From positions 9,794,352 to 9,858,351 of the forward strand of contig NC_092678.1 in the NCBI RefSeq assembly GCF_964355755.1: 64,000 nucleotides of DNA, read 5' to 3'. The stretch comes from Antedon mediterranea (lineage: Eukaryota; Animalia; Echinodermata). Shown one piece after another: positions 36,601-51,600 of the stretch. The notes below the pieces were generated by a model. That model did not search any database and was not told the origin of the DNA. It worked only from the letters and a program-made list of their open reading frames with translations. Each line of letters opens with the position of its first letter. Position 1 is the first letter of the stretch. The position numbers and the translations under genes were made by a program.

Positions 36601-39600
36601 TTTTTTCGAAAATCACAAAATGGTCTAAAACGTCTCCAAATGCGATTTGAAGATATTCTGAGCACTTTGGTGTTTTTATGTTAAAAAGTTTTTTCGAAAA
36701 TCACAAAATGGTCTAAAACGTCTCCAAATGCGATTTGAAGCTATTCTGTACACTTTGATGTTTTGTGTGAAAAAGTTTTGTCGAAATGCTCAAAATGGTC
36801 TAAAACGTTTTTAAAACGATATTAAGCTATTTTGTGCTCTTTGATGTTTTTGTGTAACCAAGTTTTATCGAAATGAACAAAATGGTCTAAAACGTCTCCA
36901 AATGCGATTTGAAGCTTTTCTAAGCACTTTGCTGTTTTTATGTTAACAAGTTTTTTCGAAAATCACAAAATGGTCTAAAACGTCTCCAAATGCGATTTGA
37001 AGATATTCTGAGCACTTTGGTGTTTTTATGTTCAAAAGTTTTTTCGAAAATCACAAAATGGTCTAAAACGTCTCCAAATGCGATTTGAAGATATTCTGAG
37101 CACTTTGGTGTTTTTATGTTAAAAAGTTTTTTCGAAAATCACAAAATGGTCTAAAACGTCTCCAAATGCGATTTGAAGCTATTCTGTACACTTTGATGTT
37201 TTGTGTGAAAAAGTTTTGTCGAAATGCTCAAAATGGTCTAAAACGTTTTTAAAACGATATTAAGCTATTTTGTGCTCTTTGATGTTTTTGTGTAACCAAG
37301 TTTTATCGAAATGAACAAAATGGTCTAAAACGTCTCCAAATGCGATTTGAAGCTTTTCCAAGCACTTTGCTGTTTTTATGTTAACAAGTTTTTTCGAAAA
37401 TCACAAAATGGTCTAAAACGTCTCAAAGTGCGATTTGAAGGTATTCTGAGCACTTTGGTGTTTTTGTGTGAAAAGTTTTAACGAAATGCTCAAAATTGTC
37501 TAAAACGGTTTCTAATGTGATTTTAAGCACTTTGATGTTTTTGTAAAACCAAGTTTCATCGAAATGAACAAAATGGTCTAAAATGTCTCCAAATGCGATT
37601 TGAAGCTTTTCCAAGCACTTTGCTGTTTTTATGTTAACAAGCTTTTTCGAAAATCACAAAATGGTCTAAAACATCTCCAAATGCGATTTGAAGATATTCT
37701 GAGCACTTTGGTGTTTTTATGTTAAAAAGTTTTTTCGAAAATCACAAAATGGTCTAAAACGTCTCCAAATGCGATTTGAAGATATTCTAAGCACTTTGGT
37801 GTTTTTATGTTAACAAGTTTTTTCGAAAATCACAAAATGGTCTAAAACGTCTCCAAATGCGATTTGAAGATATTCTGAGCACTTTGGTGTTTTTCTGTTA
37901 AAAAGTATTTTCGAAAATCTCAAAATGGTCTAAAACGTCTCCAAATGCAATTTGAAGCTATTCTGTACACTTTGATGTTTTGTGTGAAAAAGTTTTGTCA
38001 AAAGGCTCAAAATGGTCTAAAACGTTTTTAAAACGATATTAAGCTATTTTGTGCTCTTTGATGTTTTTGTATAACCAAGTTTTTTCGAAAATCACAAAAT
38101 TGTCTAAAACGTCTCCAGATGCGATTTGAAGATATTCTGAGCACTTTGGTGTTTTTATGTTAAAAAGTTTTTTCGAAAATCACAAAATGGTCTAAAACGT
38201 CTCCAAATGCGATTTGAAAAAATTCTGAGCACTTTGGTGTTTTTCTGTTAAAAAGTATTTTCGAAAATCACAAAATGGTCTAAAACGTCTCCAAATGCAA
38301 TTTGAAGCTATTCTGTACACTTTGATGTTTTGTGTGAAAAAGTTTTGTCAAAATGCTCAAAATGGTCTAAAACGTTTTTAAAACGATATTAAGCTATTTT
38401 GTGCTCTTTGATGTTTTTGTATAACCAAGTTTTTTCGAAAATCACAAAATGGTCTAAAACGTCTCCAAATCCGATTTGAAGCTATTCTGTACACTTTGAT
38501 GTTTTGTGTGAAAAAGTTTTGTCGAAATGCTCAAAATGGTCTAAAACGTTTTTAAAACGATATTAAGCTATTTTGTGCTCTTTGATGTTTTTGTGTAACC
38601 AAGTTTCATCGATATGAACAAAATGGTCTAAAACGTCTCAAAATGCGATTTGAAGGTATTCTGAGCACTTTGGTGTTTTTGGGTGAAAAGTTTTAACGAA
38701 ATGCTCAAAATGGTCTAAAACGGTTTCTAATGTGATTTTAAGCACTTTGAAGTATTTGTAAAAACAAGTTTCATCGAAATGCACAAAATGGTCTAAAACG
38801 TCTCCAAATGCGATTTGAAGCTTTTCTAAGCACTTTGGTGTTTTTATGTTAACAAGTTTTTTCGAAAATCACAAAATGGTCTAAAACGTCTCCAAATGCG
38901 ATTTGAAGATATTCTGAGCACTTTGGTGTTTTTATGTTTAAAAGTTTTTTCGAAAATCACAAAATGGTCTAAAACGTCTCCAAATGCGATTTGAAGCTAT
39001 TCTGTACACTTTGATGTTTTGTGTGAAAAAGTTTTGTCGAAATGCTCAAAATAGTTTAAAACGTTTTTAAAACGATATTAAGCTATTTTGTGCTCTTTGA
39101 TGTTTTTGTATAACCAAGTTTCATCGAAATGCACAAAATGGTCTAAAACGTCTCCAAATACGATTTGAAGCTTTTCTAAGCACTTTGCTGTTTTTATGTT
39201 AACAAGTTTTTTCGAAAATCACAAAATGGTCTAAAACGTCTCCAAATGCGATTTGAAGATATTCTGAGCACTTTGGTGTTTTTATGTTAAAAAGTTTTTT
39301 CGAAAATCACAAAATGGTCTAAAACGTCTCCAAATGCGATTTGAAGATATTCTGAGCACTTTGGTGTTTTTATGTTAAAAAGTTTTTTCGAAAATCACAA
39401 AATGGTCTAAAACGTCTCCAAATGCGATTTGAAGCTATTCTGTACACTTTGATATTTTGTGTGAAAAAGTTTTGTCGAAATGCTCAAAATGGTCTAAAAC
39501 GTTTTTAAAACGATATAAAGCTATTTTGTGCTCTTTGAGGTTTTTGTGTAACCAAGTTTTTTCGAAAATCACAAAATGGTCTAAAACGTCTCCAAATGCG

Positions 39601-42600
39601 ATTTGAAGCTTTTCTAAGCACTTTGGTGTTTTTATGTTAACAAGTTTTTTCGAAAATCACAAAATGGTCTAAAACGTCTCCAAATGCGATTTGAAGCTAT
39701 TCTGTACACTTTGATGTTTTGTGTGAAAAAAGTTTTGTCGAAATGCTTAAAATGGTCTAAAACGTTTTTAAAACGATATTAAGCTATTTTGTGCTCTTTG
39801 ATGTTTTTGTGTAACCAAGTTTTATCGAAATGAACAAAATGGTCTAAAACGTCTCCAAATGCGATTTGAAGCTTTTCCAAGCACTTTGCTGTTTTTATGT
39901 TAACAGGTTTTTTCGAAAATCACAAAATGGTCTAAAACGTCTCAAAATGCGATTTGAAGGTATTCTGAGCACTTTGGTGTTTTTGTGTGAAAAGTTTTAA
40001 CGAAATGCTCAAAATTGTCTAAAACGGTTTCTAATGTGATTTTAAGCACTTTGATGTTTTTGTAAAACCAAGTTTCATCGAAATGCACAAACTGGTCTAA
40101 AACGTCTCCAAATGCGATTTAAAGCTATTCTAGACACTTTGATGTTTTGTGTGAAAAAGTTTTCTCGAAATGCTCAAAATGGTCTAAAACGTTTTCCAAT
40201 ACCATATTAAGCTATTTTGTGCAATTTGATGTTTTTGTGTAACCAAGTTTTTTGAAATGCGATTTGAAGATATTCTGAGGACTTTGGTGTTTTTATGTTA
40301 AAAAGTTTTTTCGAAAATCACAAAATGGTCTAAAACGTCTCCAAATGCGATTTGAAGATATTCTGAGCACTTTGGTGTTTTTATGTTAAAAAGTTTTTTC
40401 GAAAATCACAAAATGGTCTAAAACGTCTCAAATTACGATATTAAGCTGTTTTGTGCACTTTGATGATTTGTGTGAAAAGTTTTAACGAAATGCTCAAAAT
40501 GGTCTAAAACGGTTTCTAATGTGATTTTAAGCACTTTGATGTTTTTATGTAGCCAAGTTTTTTCGAAAATCACAAAATGGTCAAAAACGTCTCCAAATGC
40601 GATTTGAAGCTTTTCTAAGCACTTTGGTGTTTTTATGTTAACAAGTTTTTTCGAAAATCACAAAATGGTCTAAAACGTCTTCAAATGCGATTTGAAGATA
40701 TTCTGAGCACTTTGGTGTTTTTCTGTTAAAAAGTATTTTCGAAAATCACAAAATGGTCTATAACGTCTCCAAATGCGATTTGAAGCTATTCTGTACACTT
40801 TGATGTTTTGTGTGAAAAAGTTTTGTCAAAATGCTCAAAATGGTCTAAAACGTTTTTAAAACGATATTAAGCTATTTTGTGCTCTTTGATGTGTTTGTAT
40901 AACCAAGTTTTTTCGAAAATCACAAAATGGTCTAAAACGTCTCCAAATGCGATTTGAAGCTTTTCCAAGCACTTTGCTGTTTTTATGTTAACAATTTTTT
41001 TCGAAAATCATAAAATGGTCTAAAACGTCTCAAAATGCGATTTGAAGGTATTCTGAGCACTTTGGTGTTTTTGTGTGAAAAGTTTTAACGAAATGCTCAA
41101 AATGGTCTAAAACGGTTCTAATGTGATTTTAAGCACTCTGATGTTTTTGTATAACCAAGTTTCATCGAAATGCACAAAATGGTCTAAAACGTCTCCAAAT
41201 GCGATTTAAAGCTATTCTAGACACTTTGATGTTTTGTGTGAAAAATTTTCTCGAAATGCTCAAAATGGTCTAAAACGTTTTCCAATACCATATTAAGCTA
41301 TTTTGTGCAATTTGATGTTTTTGTGTAACCAAGTTTTTTGAAATGCGATTTGAAGATATTCTGAGGACTTTGGTGTTTTTATGTTAAAAAGTTTTTTCGA
41401 AAATCACAAAATGGTCTAAAACGTCTCCAAATGCGATTTGAAGATATTCTGAGCACTTTGGTGTTTTTATGTTAAAAAGTTTTTTGGAAAATCACAAAAT
41501 GGTCTAAAACGACTCCAAATGCGATTTGAAGCTATCCTGTACACTTTGATGTTTTGTGTGAAAAAGTTTTGTCGAAATGCTCAAAATGATCTAAAACGTT
41601 TTTAAAACGATATTAAGCTATTTTGTGCTCTTTGATGTTTTTGTGTATCCAAGTTTCATCGAAATGAACAAAATGGTCTAAAACGTTTTTAAATACGATA
41701 TTAAGCTGTTTTGTGCACTTTGATGATTTGTGTGAAAAGTTTTAACGAAATGCTCAAAATAGTCTAAAACGGTTTCTAATGTGATTTTAAGCACTTTGAT
41801 GTTTTTGTGTAACCAAGTTTTATCGAAATGAACAAAATGGTCTAAAACGTCTCCAAATGCGATTTGAAGCTTTTCCAAGCACTTTGCTGTTTTTATATTA
41901 AGTTTTTTCGAAAATCACACAATGGTCTAAAACGTCTCTAAATGCGATTTGAAGGTATTCTGAGCAATTTGGTGTTTTTGTGTGAAAAGTTTTAACGAAA
42001 TGCTCAAAATTGTCTAAAACGGTTTCTAATGTTATTTTAAGCACTTTGATGTTTTTGTAAAACCAAGTTTCATCGAAATGCACAAAATGGTCTAAAACGT
42101 CTCCAAATGCGATTTGAAGCTATTCTGTACACTTTGATGTTTTGTGTGAAAAAAGTTTTGTCGAAATGCTCAAAATGGTCTAAAACGTTTTTAAAACGAT
42201 ATTAAGCTATTTTGTGCTCTTTGATGTTTTTGTGTAACCAAGTTTTATCGAAATGAACAAAATGGTCTAAAACGTCTCCAAATGCGATTTGAAGCTTTTC
42301 CAAGCACTTTGCTGTTTTTATGTTAACAGGTTTTTTCGAAAATCACAAAATGGTCTAAAACGTCTCAAAATGCGATTTGAAGGTATTCTGAGCACTTTGG
42401 TGTTTTTGTGTGAAAAGTTTTAACGAAATGCTCAAAATTGTCTAAAACGGTTTCTAATGTGATTTTAAGCACTTTGATGTTTTTGTAAAACCAAGTTTCA
42501 TCGAAATGCACAAAATGGTCTAAAATGTCTCCAAATGCGATTTGAAGCTTTTCCAAGCACTTTGCTGTTTTTATGTTAACAAGCTTTTTCGAAAATCACA

Positions 42601-45600
42601 AAATGGTCTAAAACGTCTCCAAATGTGATTTGAAGATATTCTGAGCACTTTGGTGTTTTTATGTTAAAAAGTTTTTTCGAAAATCACAAAATGGTCTAAA
42701 ACGTCTCCAAATGCGATTTGAAGATATTCTGAGCACTTTGGTGTTTTTATGTTAAAAAGTTTTTTCGAAAATCACAAAATGGTCTAAAACGTCTCCAAAT
42801 GCGATTTGAAGCTATTCTGTACACTTTGATGTTTTGTGTGAAAAAGTTTTGTCGAAATGCTCAAAATGGTTTAAAACGTTTTTAAAACGATATTAAGCTA
42901 TTTTGTGCTCTTTGATGTTTTTGTATAACCAAGTTTCATCGAAATGCACAAAATGGTCTAAAACGTCTCCAAATACGATTTGAAGCTTTTCCAAGCACTT
43001 TGCTGTTTTTATGTTAACAAGTTTTTTCGAAAATCACAAAATGGTCTAAAACGTCTCAAAATGCGATTTGAAGGTATTCTGAGCACTTTGGTGTTTTTGT
43101 GTGAAAAGTTTTAACGAAAAGCTCAAAATGGTCTAAAACGGTTCTAATGTGATTTTAAGCACTTTGATGTTTTTGTACAACCAAGTTTCATCGAAATGCT
43201 CAAAATGGTCTAAAACGTTTTTAAAACGATATTAAGCTATTTTGTGCTCTTTGATGTTTTTGTGTAACCAAGTTTTTTTCGAAAATCACAAAATGGTCTA
43301 AAACGTCTCCAAATGCGATTTGAAGCTTTTCTAAGCACTTTGGTGTTTTTATGTTAACAAGTTTTTTCGAAAATCGCAAAATGGTCTAAAACGTCTCAAA
43401 ATGCGATTTGAAGGTATTCTGAGCACTTTGGTGTTTTTGTGTGAAAAGTTTTAACGAAATGCTCAAAATGGTCTAAAACGGTTTCTAATGTGATTTTAAC
43501 CACTTTGATGTTTTTGTGTAACCAAGTTCTTTTCGAAAATCACAAAATGGTCTAAAACGTCTCCAAATGCGATTTGAAGCTTTTCTAAGCACTTTGGTGT
43601 TTTTATGTTAACAAGTTTTTTCGAAAATCACAAAATGGTCTAAAACGTCTCAAAATGCGATTTGAAGGTATTCTGAGCACTTTGGTGTTTTTGTGTGAAA
43701 AGTTTTAACGAAATGCTCAAAATGGTCTAAAACGGTTTCTAATGTGATTTTAACCACTTTGATGTTTTTGTGTAACCAAGTTTTTTCGAAAATCACAAAA
43801 TGGTCTAAAACGTCTCCAAATGCGATTTGAAGCTTTTCTAAGCACTTTGGTGTTTTTATGTTAACAAGTTTTTTCGAAAATCACAAAATGGTCTAAAACG
43901 TCTCAAATAGCGATTTGAAGCTATTCTGTACACTTTGATGTTTTGTGTGAAAAAGTTTTGTCGAAATGCTCAAAATGGTTTAAAACGTTTTTAAAACGAT
44001 ATTAAGCTATTTTGTGCTCTTTGATGTTTTTGTATAACCAAGTTTCATCGAAATGCACAAAATGGTCTAAAACGTCTCCAAATACGATTTGAAGCTTTTC
44101 CAAGCACTTTGCTGTTTTTATGTTAACAAGTTTTTTCGAAAATCACAAAATGGTCTAAAACGTCTCAAAATGCGATTTGAAGGTATTCTGAGCACTTTGG
44201 TGTTTTTGTGTGAAAAGTTTTAACGAAAAGCTCAAAATGGTCTAAAACGGTTCTAATGTGATTTTAAGCACTTTGATGTTTTTGTACAACCAAGTTTCAT
44301 CGAAATGCTCAAAATGGTCTAAAACGTTTTTAAAACGATATTAAGCTATTTTGTGCTCTTTGATGTTTTTGTGTAACCAAGTTTTTTTCGAAAATCACAA
44401 AATGGTCTAAAACGTCTCCAAATGCGATTTGAAGCTTTTTTAAGCACTTTGGTGTTTTTATGTTAACAAGTTTTTTCGAAAATCGCAAAATGGTCTAAAA
44501 CGTCTCAAAATGCGATTTGAATGTATTCTGAGCACTTTGGTGTTTTTGTGTGAAAAGTTTTAACGAAATGCTCAAAATGGTCTAAAACGGTTTCTAATGT
44601 GATTTTAACCACTTTGATGTTTTTGTGTAACCAAGTTCTTTTCGAAAATCACAAAATGGTCTAAAACGTCTCCAAATGCGATTTGAAGCTTTTCTAAGCA
44701 CTTTGGTGTTTTTATGTTAACAAGTTTTTTCGAAAATCACAAAATGGTCTAAAACGTCTCAAAATGCGATTTGAAGGTATTCTGAGCACTTTGGTGTTTT
44801 TGTGTGAAAAGTTTTAACGAAATGCTCAAAATGGTCTAAAACGGTTTCTAATGTGATTTTAACCACTTTGATGTTTTTGTGTAACCAAGTTTTTTCGAAA
44901 ATCACAAAATGGTCTAAAACGTCTCCAAATGCGATTTGAAGCTTTTCTAAGCACTTTGGTGTTTTTATGTTAACAAGTTTTTTCGAAAATCACAAAATGG
45001 TCTAAAACGTCTCAAATAGCGATTTGAAGCTATTCTGTACACTTTGATGTTTTGTGTGAAAAAAGTTTTGTCGAAATGCTCAAAATGGTCTAAAACGTTT
45101 TTAAAACGATATTAAGCTATTTTGTGCTCTTTGATGTTTTTGTGTAACCAAGTTTTATCGAAATGAACAAAATGGTCTAAAACGTCTCCAAATGCGATTT
45201 GAAGCTTTTCCAAGCACTTTGCTGTTTTTATGTTAACAAGTTTTTTCGAAAATCACAAAATGGTCTAAAACATCTCCAAATGCGATTTGAAGATATTCTG
45301 AGCACTTTGGTGTTTTTATGTTAAAAAGTTTTTTCGAAAATCACAAAATGGTCTAGAACGTCTCCAAATGCGATTTGAAGCTCTTCTGTACACTTTGATG
45401 TTTTGTGTGAAAAAGTTTTGTCAAAATGCTCAAAATGGTCTAAAACGTTTTTAAAACGATATTAAGCTATTTTGTGCTCTTTGATGTTTTTGTATAACCA
45501 AGTTTTTTCGAAAATCACAAAATGGTCTAAAACGTCTCCAAATGCGATTTGAAGATATTCTGAGCACTTTGGTGTTTTTATGTTAAAAAGTTTTTTCGAA

Positions 45601-48600
45601 AATCACAAAATGGTCTAAAACGTCTCCAAATGCGATTTGAAGATATTCTGAGCACTTTGGTGTTTTTATGTTAAAAAGTTTTTTCGAAAATCACAAAATG
45701 GTCTAAAACGTCTCCAAATGCGATTTGAAGCTATTCTATACACTTTGATGTTTTGTGTTAAAAAGTTTTGTCGAAATGCTCAAAATGGTTTAAAACGTTT
45801 TTAAAACGATATTAAGCTATTTTGTGCTCTTTGATGTTTTTGTGTAACCAAGTTTCATCGAAATGAACAAAATGGTCTAAAACGTCTCCAAATGCGATTT
45901 GAAGCTTTTCCAAGCACTTTGCTGTTTTTATGTTAACAAGTTTTTTCGAAAATCACAAAATTGTCTAAAACGTCTCAAAATGCGATTTGAAGGTATTCTG
46001 AGCACTTTGGTGTTTTTGTGTGAAAAGTTTTAACGAAAAGCTCAAAATGGTCTAAAACGGTTCTAATGTGATTTTAAGCACTTTGATGTTTTTGTACAAC
46101 CAAGTTTCATCGAAATGCTCAAAATGGTCTAAAACGTTTTTAAAACGATATTAAGCTATTTTGTGCTCTTTGATGTTTTTGTGTAACCAAGTTTTTTCGA
46201 AAATCACAAAATGGTCTAAAACGTCTCCAAATGCGATTTGAAGCTTTTCTAAGCACTTTGGTGTTTTTATGTTAACAAGTTTTTTCGAAAATCACAAATG
46301 GTCTAAAACGTCTCCAAATGCGATTTGAAGCTATTCTGTACACTTTGATGTTTTGTGTGAAAAGTTTTAACGAAATGCTCAAAATTGTCTAAAACGGTTT
46401 CTAATGTGATTTTAAGCACTTTGATGTTTTTGTAAAACCAAGTTTCATCGAAATGCACAAAATGGTCTAAAACGTCTCCAAATGCGATTTGAAGCTTTTC
46501 CAAGCACTTTGGTGTTTTTATGTTAACAAGGTTTTTCGAAAATCACAAAATGGTCTAAAACGTCTCCAAATGCGATTTGAAGCTTTTCCAAGCACTTTGC
46601 TGTTTTTATGTTAACAAGTTTTTTCGAAAATCACAAAATGGTCTAAAACGTCTCAAAATACGATATTAAGCTGTTTTGTGCACTTTGATGATTTGTGTGA
46701 AAAGTTTTAACGAAATGCTCAAAATGGTCTAAAACGGTTTCTAATGTGATTTTAAGCACTTTGATGTTTTTATGTAGCCAAGTTTTTTCGAAAATCACAA
46801 AATGGTCAAAAACGTCTCCAAATGCGATTTGAAGCTTTTCTAAGCACTTTGGTTTTTTTATGTTAACAAGTTTTTTCGAAAATCACAAAATGGTCTAAAA
46901 CGTCTTCAAATGCGATTTGAAGATATTCTGAGCACTTTGGTGTTTTTCTGTTAAAAAGTATTTTCGAAAATCACAAAATGGCCTAAAACGTCTCCAAATG
47001 CGATTTGAAGCTATTCTGTACACTTTGATGTTTTGTGTGAAAAAGTTTTGTCAAAATGCTCAAAATGGTCTAAAACGTTTTTAAAACGATATTAAGCTAT
47101 TTTGTGCTCTTTGATGTGTTTGTATAACCAAGTTTTTTCGAAAATCACAAAATGGTCTAAAACGTCTCCAAATGCGATTTGAAGCTTTTCCAAGCACTTT
47201 GCTGTTTTTATGTTAACAATTTTTTTCGAAAATCATAAAATGGTCTAAAACGTCTCCAAATGCGATTTGAAGCTATTCTGTACACTTTGATGTTTTGTGT
47301 GAAAAGTTTTGTCGAAATGCTCAAAATGGTCTAAAACGTTTTTAAAACGATATTAAGCTATTTTGTGCTCTTTGATGTTTTTGTGTAACCAAGTTTCATC
47401 GAAATGAACAAAATGGTCTAAAACGTCTCCAAATGCGATTTGAAGCTTTTCTAAGCACTTTCGTGTTTTTATGTTAACAAGTTTTTTCGAAAATCACAAA
47501 ATGGTCTAAAACGTCTCCAAATGCGATTTGAAGATATTCTGAGCACTTTGCTGTTTTTATGTTAACAAGTTTTTTCGAAAATCACAAAATGGTCTAAAAC
47601 GTCTCAAAATGCTATTTGAAGGTATTCTGAGCACTTTGGTGTTTTTGTGTGAAAAGTTTTAACGAAATGCTCAAAATGGTCTAAAACGGTTCTAATGTGA
47701 TTTTAAGCACTTTGATGTTTTTGTATAACCAAGTTTCATCGAAATGCTCAAAATGGTCTAAAACGTTTTTAAAACGATATTAAGCTATTTTGTGCTCTTT
47801 GATGTTTTTGTGTAACGAAGTTTCATCGAAATGAACAAAATGGTCTAAAACGTCTCCAAATGCGATTTGAAGCTTTTCCAAGCACTTTGCTGTTTTTATG
47901 TTAACAAGTTTTTTCGAAAATCACAAAATGGCCTAAAACGTCTCAAAATGCGATTTCAAGGTATTCTGAGCACTTTGGTGTTTTTGTGTGAAAGGTTTTA
48001 ACGAAATGCTCAAAATGGTCTAAAACGGTTTCTAATGTGATTTTAAGCACTTTGATGTTTTTGTATAACCAAGTTTCATCGAAATGCACAAAATGGTCTA
48101 AAACGTCTCCAAATGCGATTTGAAGCTTTTCTAAGCACTTTGCTGTTTTTATGTTAAAAAGTTTTTTCGAAAATCACAAAATGGTCTAAAACGTCTCCAA
48201 ATGCGATTTGAAGATATTCTGAGCACTTTGGTGTTTTTATGTTAAAAAGTTTTTTCGAAAATCACAAAATGGTCTAAAACGTCTCCAAATGCGATTTGAA
48301 GATATTCTGAGCACTTTGGTGTTTTTATGTTAAAAAGTTTTTTCGAAAATCACAAAATGGTCTAAAACGTCTCCAAATGCGATTTGAAGCTATTCTGTAC
48401 ACTTTGATGTTTTGTGTGAAAAAGTTTTGTCGAAATGCTCAAAATGGTCTAAAACGTTTTTAAAACGATATTAAGCTATTTTGTGCTCTTTGATGTTTTT
48501 GTGTAACCAAGTTTTATCGAAATGAACAAAATGGTCTAAAACGTCTCCAAATGCGATTTGAAGCTTTTCCAAGCACTTTGCTGTTTTTATGTTAACAAGC

Positions 48601-51600
48601 TTTTTCGAAAATCACAAAATGGTCTAAAACGTCTCCAAATGCGATTTGAAGATATTCTGAGCACTTTGGTGTTTTTATGTTAAAAAGTTTTTTCGAAAAT
48701 CACAAAATGGTCTAAAACGTCTCCAAATGCGATTTGAAGATATTCTGAGCACTTTGGTGTTTTTATGTTAAAAAGTTTTTTCGAAAATCACAAAATGGTC
48801 TAAAACGTCTCCAAATGCGATTTGAAGCTATTCTGTACACTTTGATGTTTTGTGTGAAAAAGTTTTGTCGAAATGCTCAAAATGGTCTAAAACGTTTTTA
48901 AAACGATATTAAGCTATTTTGTGCTCTTTGATGTTTTTGTGTAACCAAGTTTTATCGAAATGAACAAAATGGTCTAAAACGTCTCCAAATGCGATTTGAA
49001 GCTTTTCCAAGCACTTTGCTGTTTTTATGTTAACAAGTTTTTTCGAAAATCACAAAATGGTCTAAAACGTCTCAAAATGCGATTTGAAGGTATTCTGAGC
49101 ACTTTGGTGTTTTTGTGTGAAAAGTTTTAACGAAATGCTCAAAATTGTCTAAAACGGTTTCTAATGTGATTTTAAGCACTTTGATGTTTTTGTAAAACCA
49201 AGTTTCATCGAAATGAACAAAATGGTCTAAAATGTCTCCAAATGCGATTTGAAGCTTTTCCAAGCACTTTGCTGTTTTTATGTTAACAAGCTTTTTCGAA
49301 AATCACAAAATGGTCTAAAACGTCTCCAAATGCGATTTGAAGATATTCTGAGCACTTTGGTGTTTTTATGTTAAAAAGTTTTTTCGAAAATCACAAAATG
49401 GTCTAAAACGTCTCCAAATGCGATTTGAAGCTCTTCTGTACACTTTGATGTTTTGTGTGAAAAAGTTTAGTCGAAATGCTCAAAATGGTCTAAAACGTTT
49501 TTAAAACGATATTAAGCTATTTTGTGCTCTTTGATGTTTTTGTGTAACCAAGTTTCATCGAAAATCACAAAATGGTCTAAAACGTCTCCAAATGCGATTT
49601 GAAGATATTCTGAGCACTTTGGTGTTTTTATGTTAACAAGTTTTTTCGAAAATCACAAAATGGTCTAAAACGTCTCCAAATGCGATTTGAAGATATTCTG
49701 AGCACTTTGGTGTTTTTATGTTAAAAAGTTTTTTCTAAAATCACAAAATGGTCTAAAACGTCTCCAAATGCGATTTGAAGCTATTCTATACACTTTGATG
49801 TTTTGTGTTAAAAAGTTTTGTCGAAATGCTCAAAATGGTTTAAAACGTTTTTAAAACGATATTAAGCTATTTTGTGCTCTTTGATGTTTTTGTGTAACCA
49901 AGTTTCATCGAAATGAACAAAATGGTCTAAAACGTCTCCAAATGCGATTTGAAGCTTTTCCAAGCACTTTGCTGTTTTTATGTTAACAAGTTTTTTCGAA
50001 AATCACAAAATTGTCTAAAACGTCTCAAAATGCGATTTGAAGGTATTCTGAGCACTTTGGTGTTTTTGTGTGAAAAGTTTTAACGAAAAGCTCAAAATGG
50101 TCTAAAACGGTTCTAATGTGATTTTAAGCACTTTGATGTTTTTGTACAACCAAGTTTCATCGAAATGCTCAAAATGGTCTAAAACGTTTTTAAAACGATA
50201 TTAAGCTATTTTGTGCTCTTTGATGTTTTTGCGTTACCAAGTTTTTTCGAAAATCACAAAATGGTCTAAAACGTCTCCAAATGCGATTTGAAGCTTTTCT
50301 AAGCACTTTGGTGTTTTTATATTAACAAGTTTTTTCGAAAATCACAAAATGGTCTAAAACGTCTCAAAATGCGATTTGAAGGTATTCTGAGCACTTTGGT
50401 GTTTTTGTGTGAAAAGTTTTAACGAAATGCTCAAAATGGTCTAAAACGGTTTCTAATTTGATTTTAACCACTTTGATGTTTTTGTGTAACCAAGTTCTTT
50501 TCGAAAATCACAAAATGGTCTAAAACGTCTCCAAATGCGATTTGAAGCTTTTCTAAGCACTTTGGTGTTTTTATGTTAACAAGTTTTTTCGAAAATCACA
50601 AAATGGTCTAAAACGTCTCAAAATGCGATTTGAAGGTATTCTGAGCACTTTGGTGTTTTTGTGTGAAAAGTTTTAACGAAATGCTCAAAATGGTCTAAAA
50701 CGGTTTCTAATGTGATTTTAACAACTTTGATGTTTTTGTGTAACCAAGTTTTTTCGAAAATCACAAAATGGTCTAAAACGTCTCCAAATGCGATTTGAAG
50801 CTTTTCTAAGCACTTTGGTGTTTTTATGTTAACAAGTTTTTTCGAAAATCACAAAATGGTCTAAAACGTCTCCAAATGCGATTTGAAGATATTCTGAGCA
50901 CTTTGGTGTTTTTCTGTTAAAAAGTATTTTCGAAAATCACAAAATGGTCTAAAACGTCTCCAAATGCAATTTGAAGCTATTCTGTACACTTTGATGTTTT
51001 GTGTGAAAAAGTTTTGTCAAAATGCTCAAAATGGTCTAAAACGTTTTTAAAACGATATTAAGCTATTTTGTGCTCTTTGATGTTTTTGTATAACCAAGTT
51101 TTTTCGAAAATCACAAAATGGTCTAAAACGTCTCCAAATGCGATTTGAAGCTTTTCTAAACACTTTGGTGTTTTTATGTTAACAAGTTTTTTCGAAAATC
51201 ACAAAATGGTCTAAAACGTCTCCAAATCCGATTTGAAGCTATTCTGTACACTTTGATGTTTTGTGTGAAAAAGTTTTGTCGAAATGCTCAAAATGGTCTA
51301 AAACGTTTTTAAAACGATATTAAGCTATTTTGTGCTCTTTGATGTTTTTGTGTAACCAAGTTTCATCGATATGAACAAAATGGTCTAAAACGTCTCAAAA
51401 TGCGATTTGAAGGTATTCTGAGCACTTTGGTGTTTTTGGGTGAAAAGTTTTAACGAAAAGCTCAAAATGGTCTAAAACGGTTCTAATGTGATTTTAAGCA
51501 CTTTGATGTTTTTGTACAACCAAGTTTCATCGAAATGCTCAAAATGGTCTAAAACGTTTTTAAAACGATATTAAGCTATTTTGTGCTCTTTGATGTTTTT

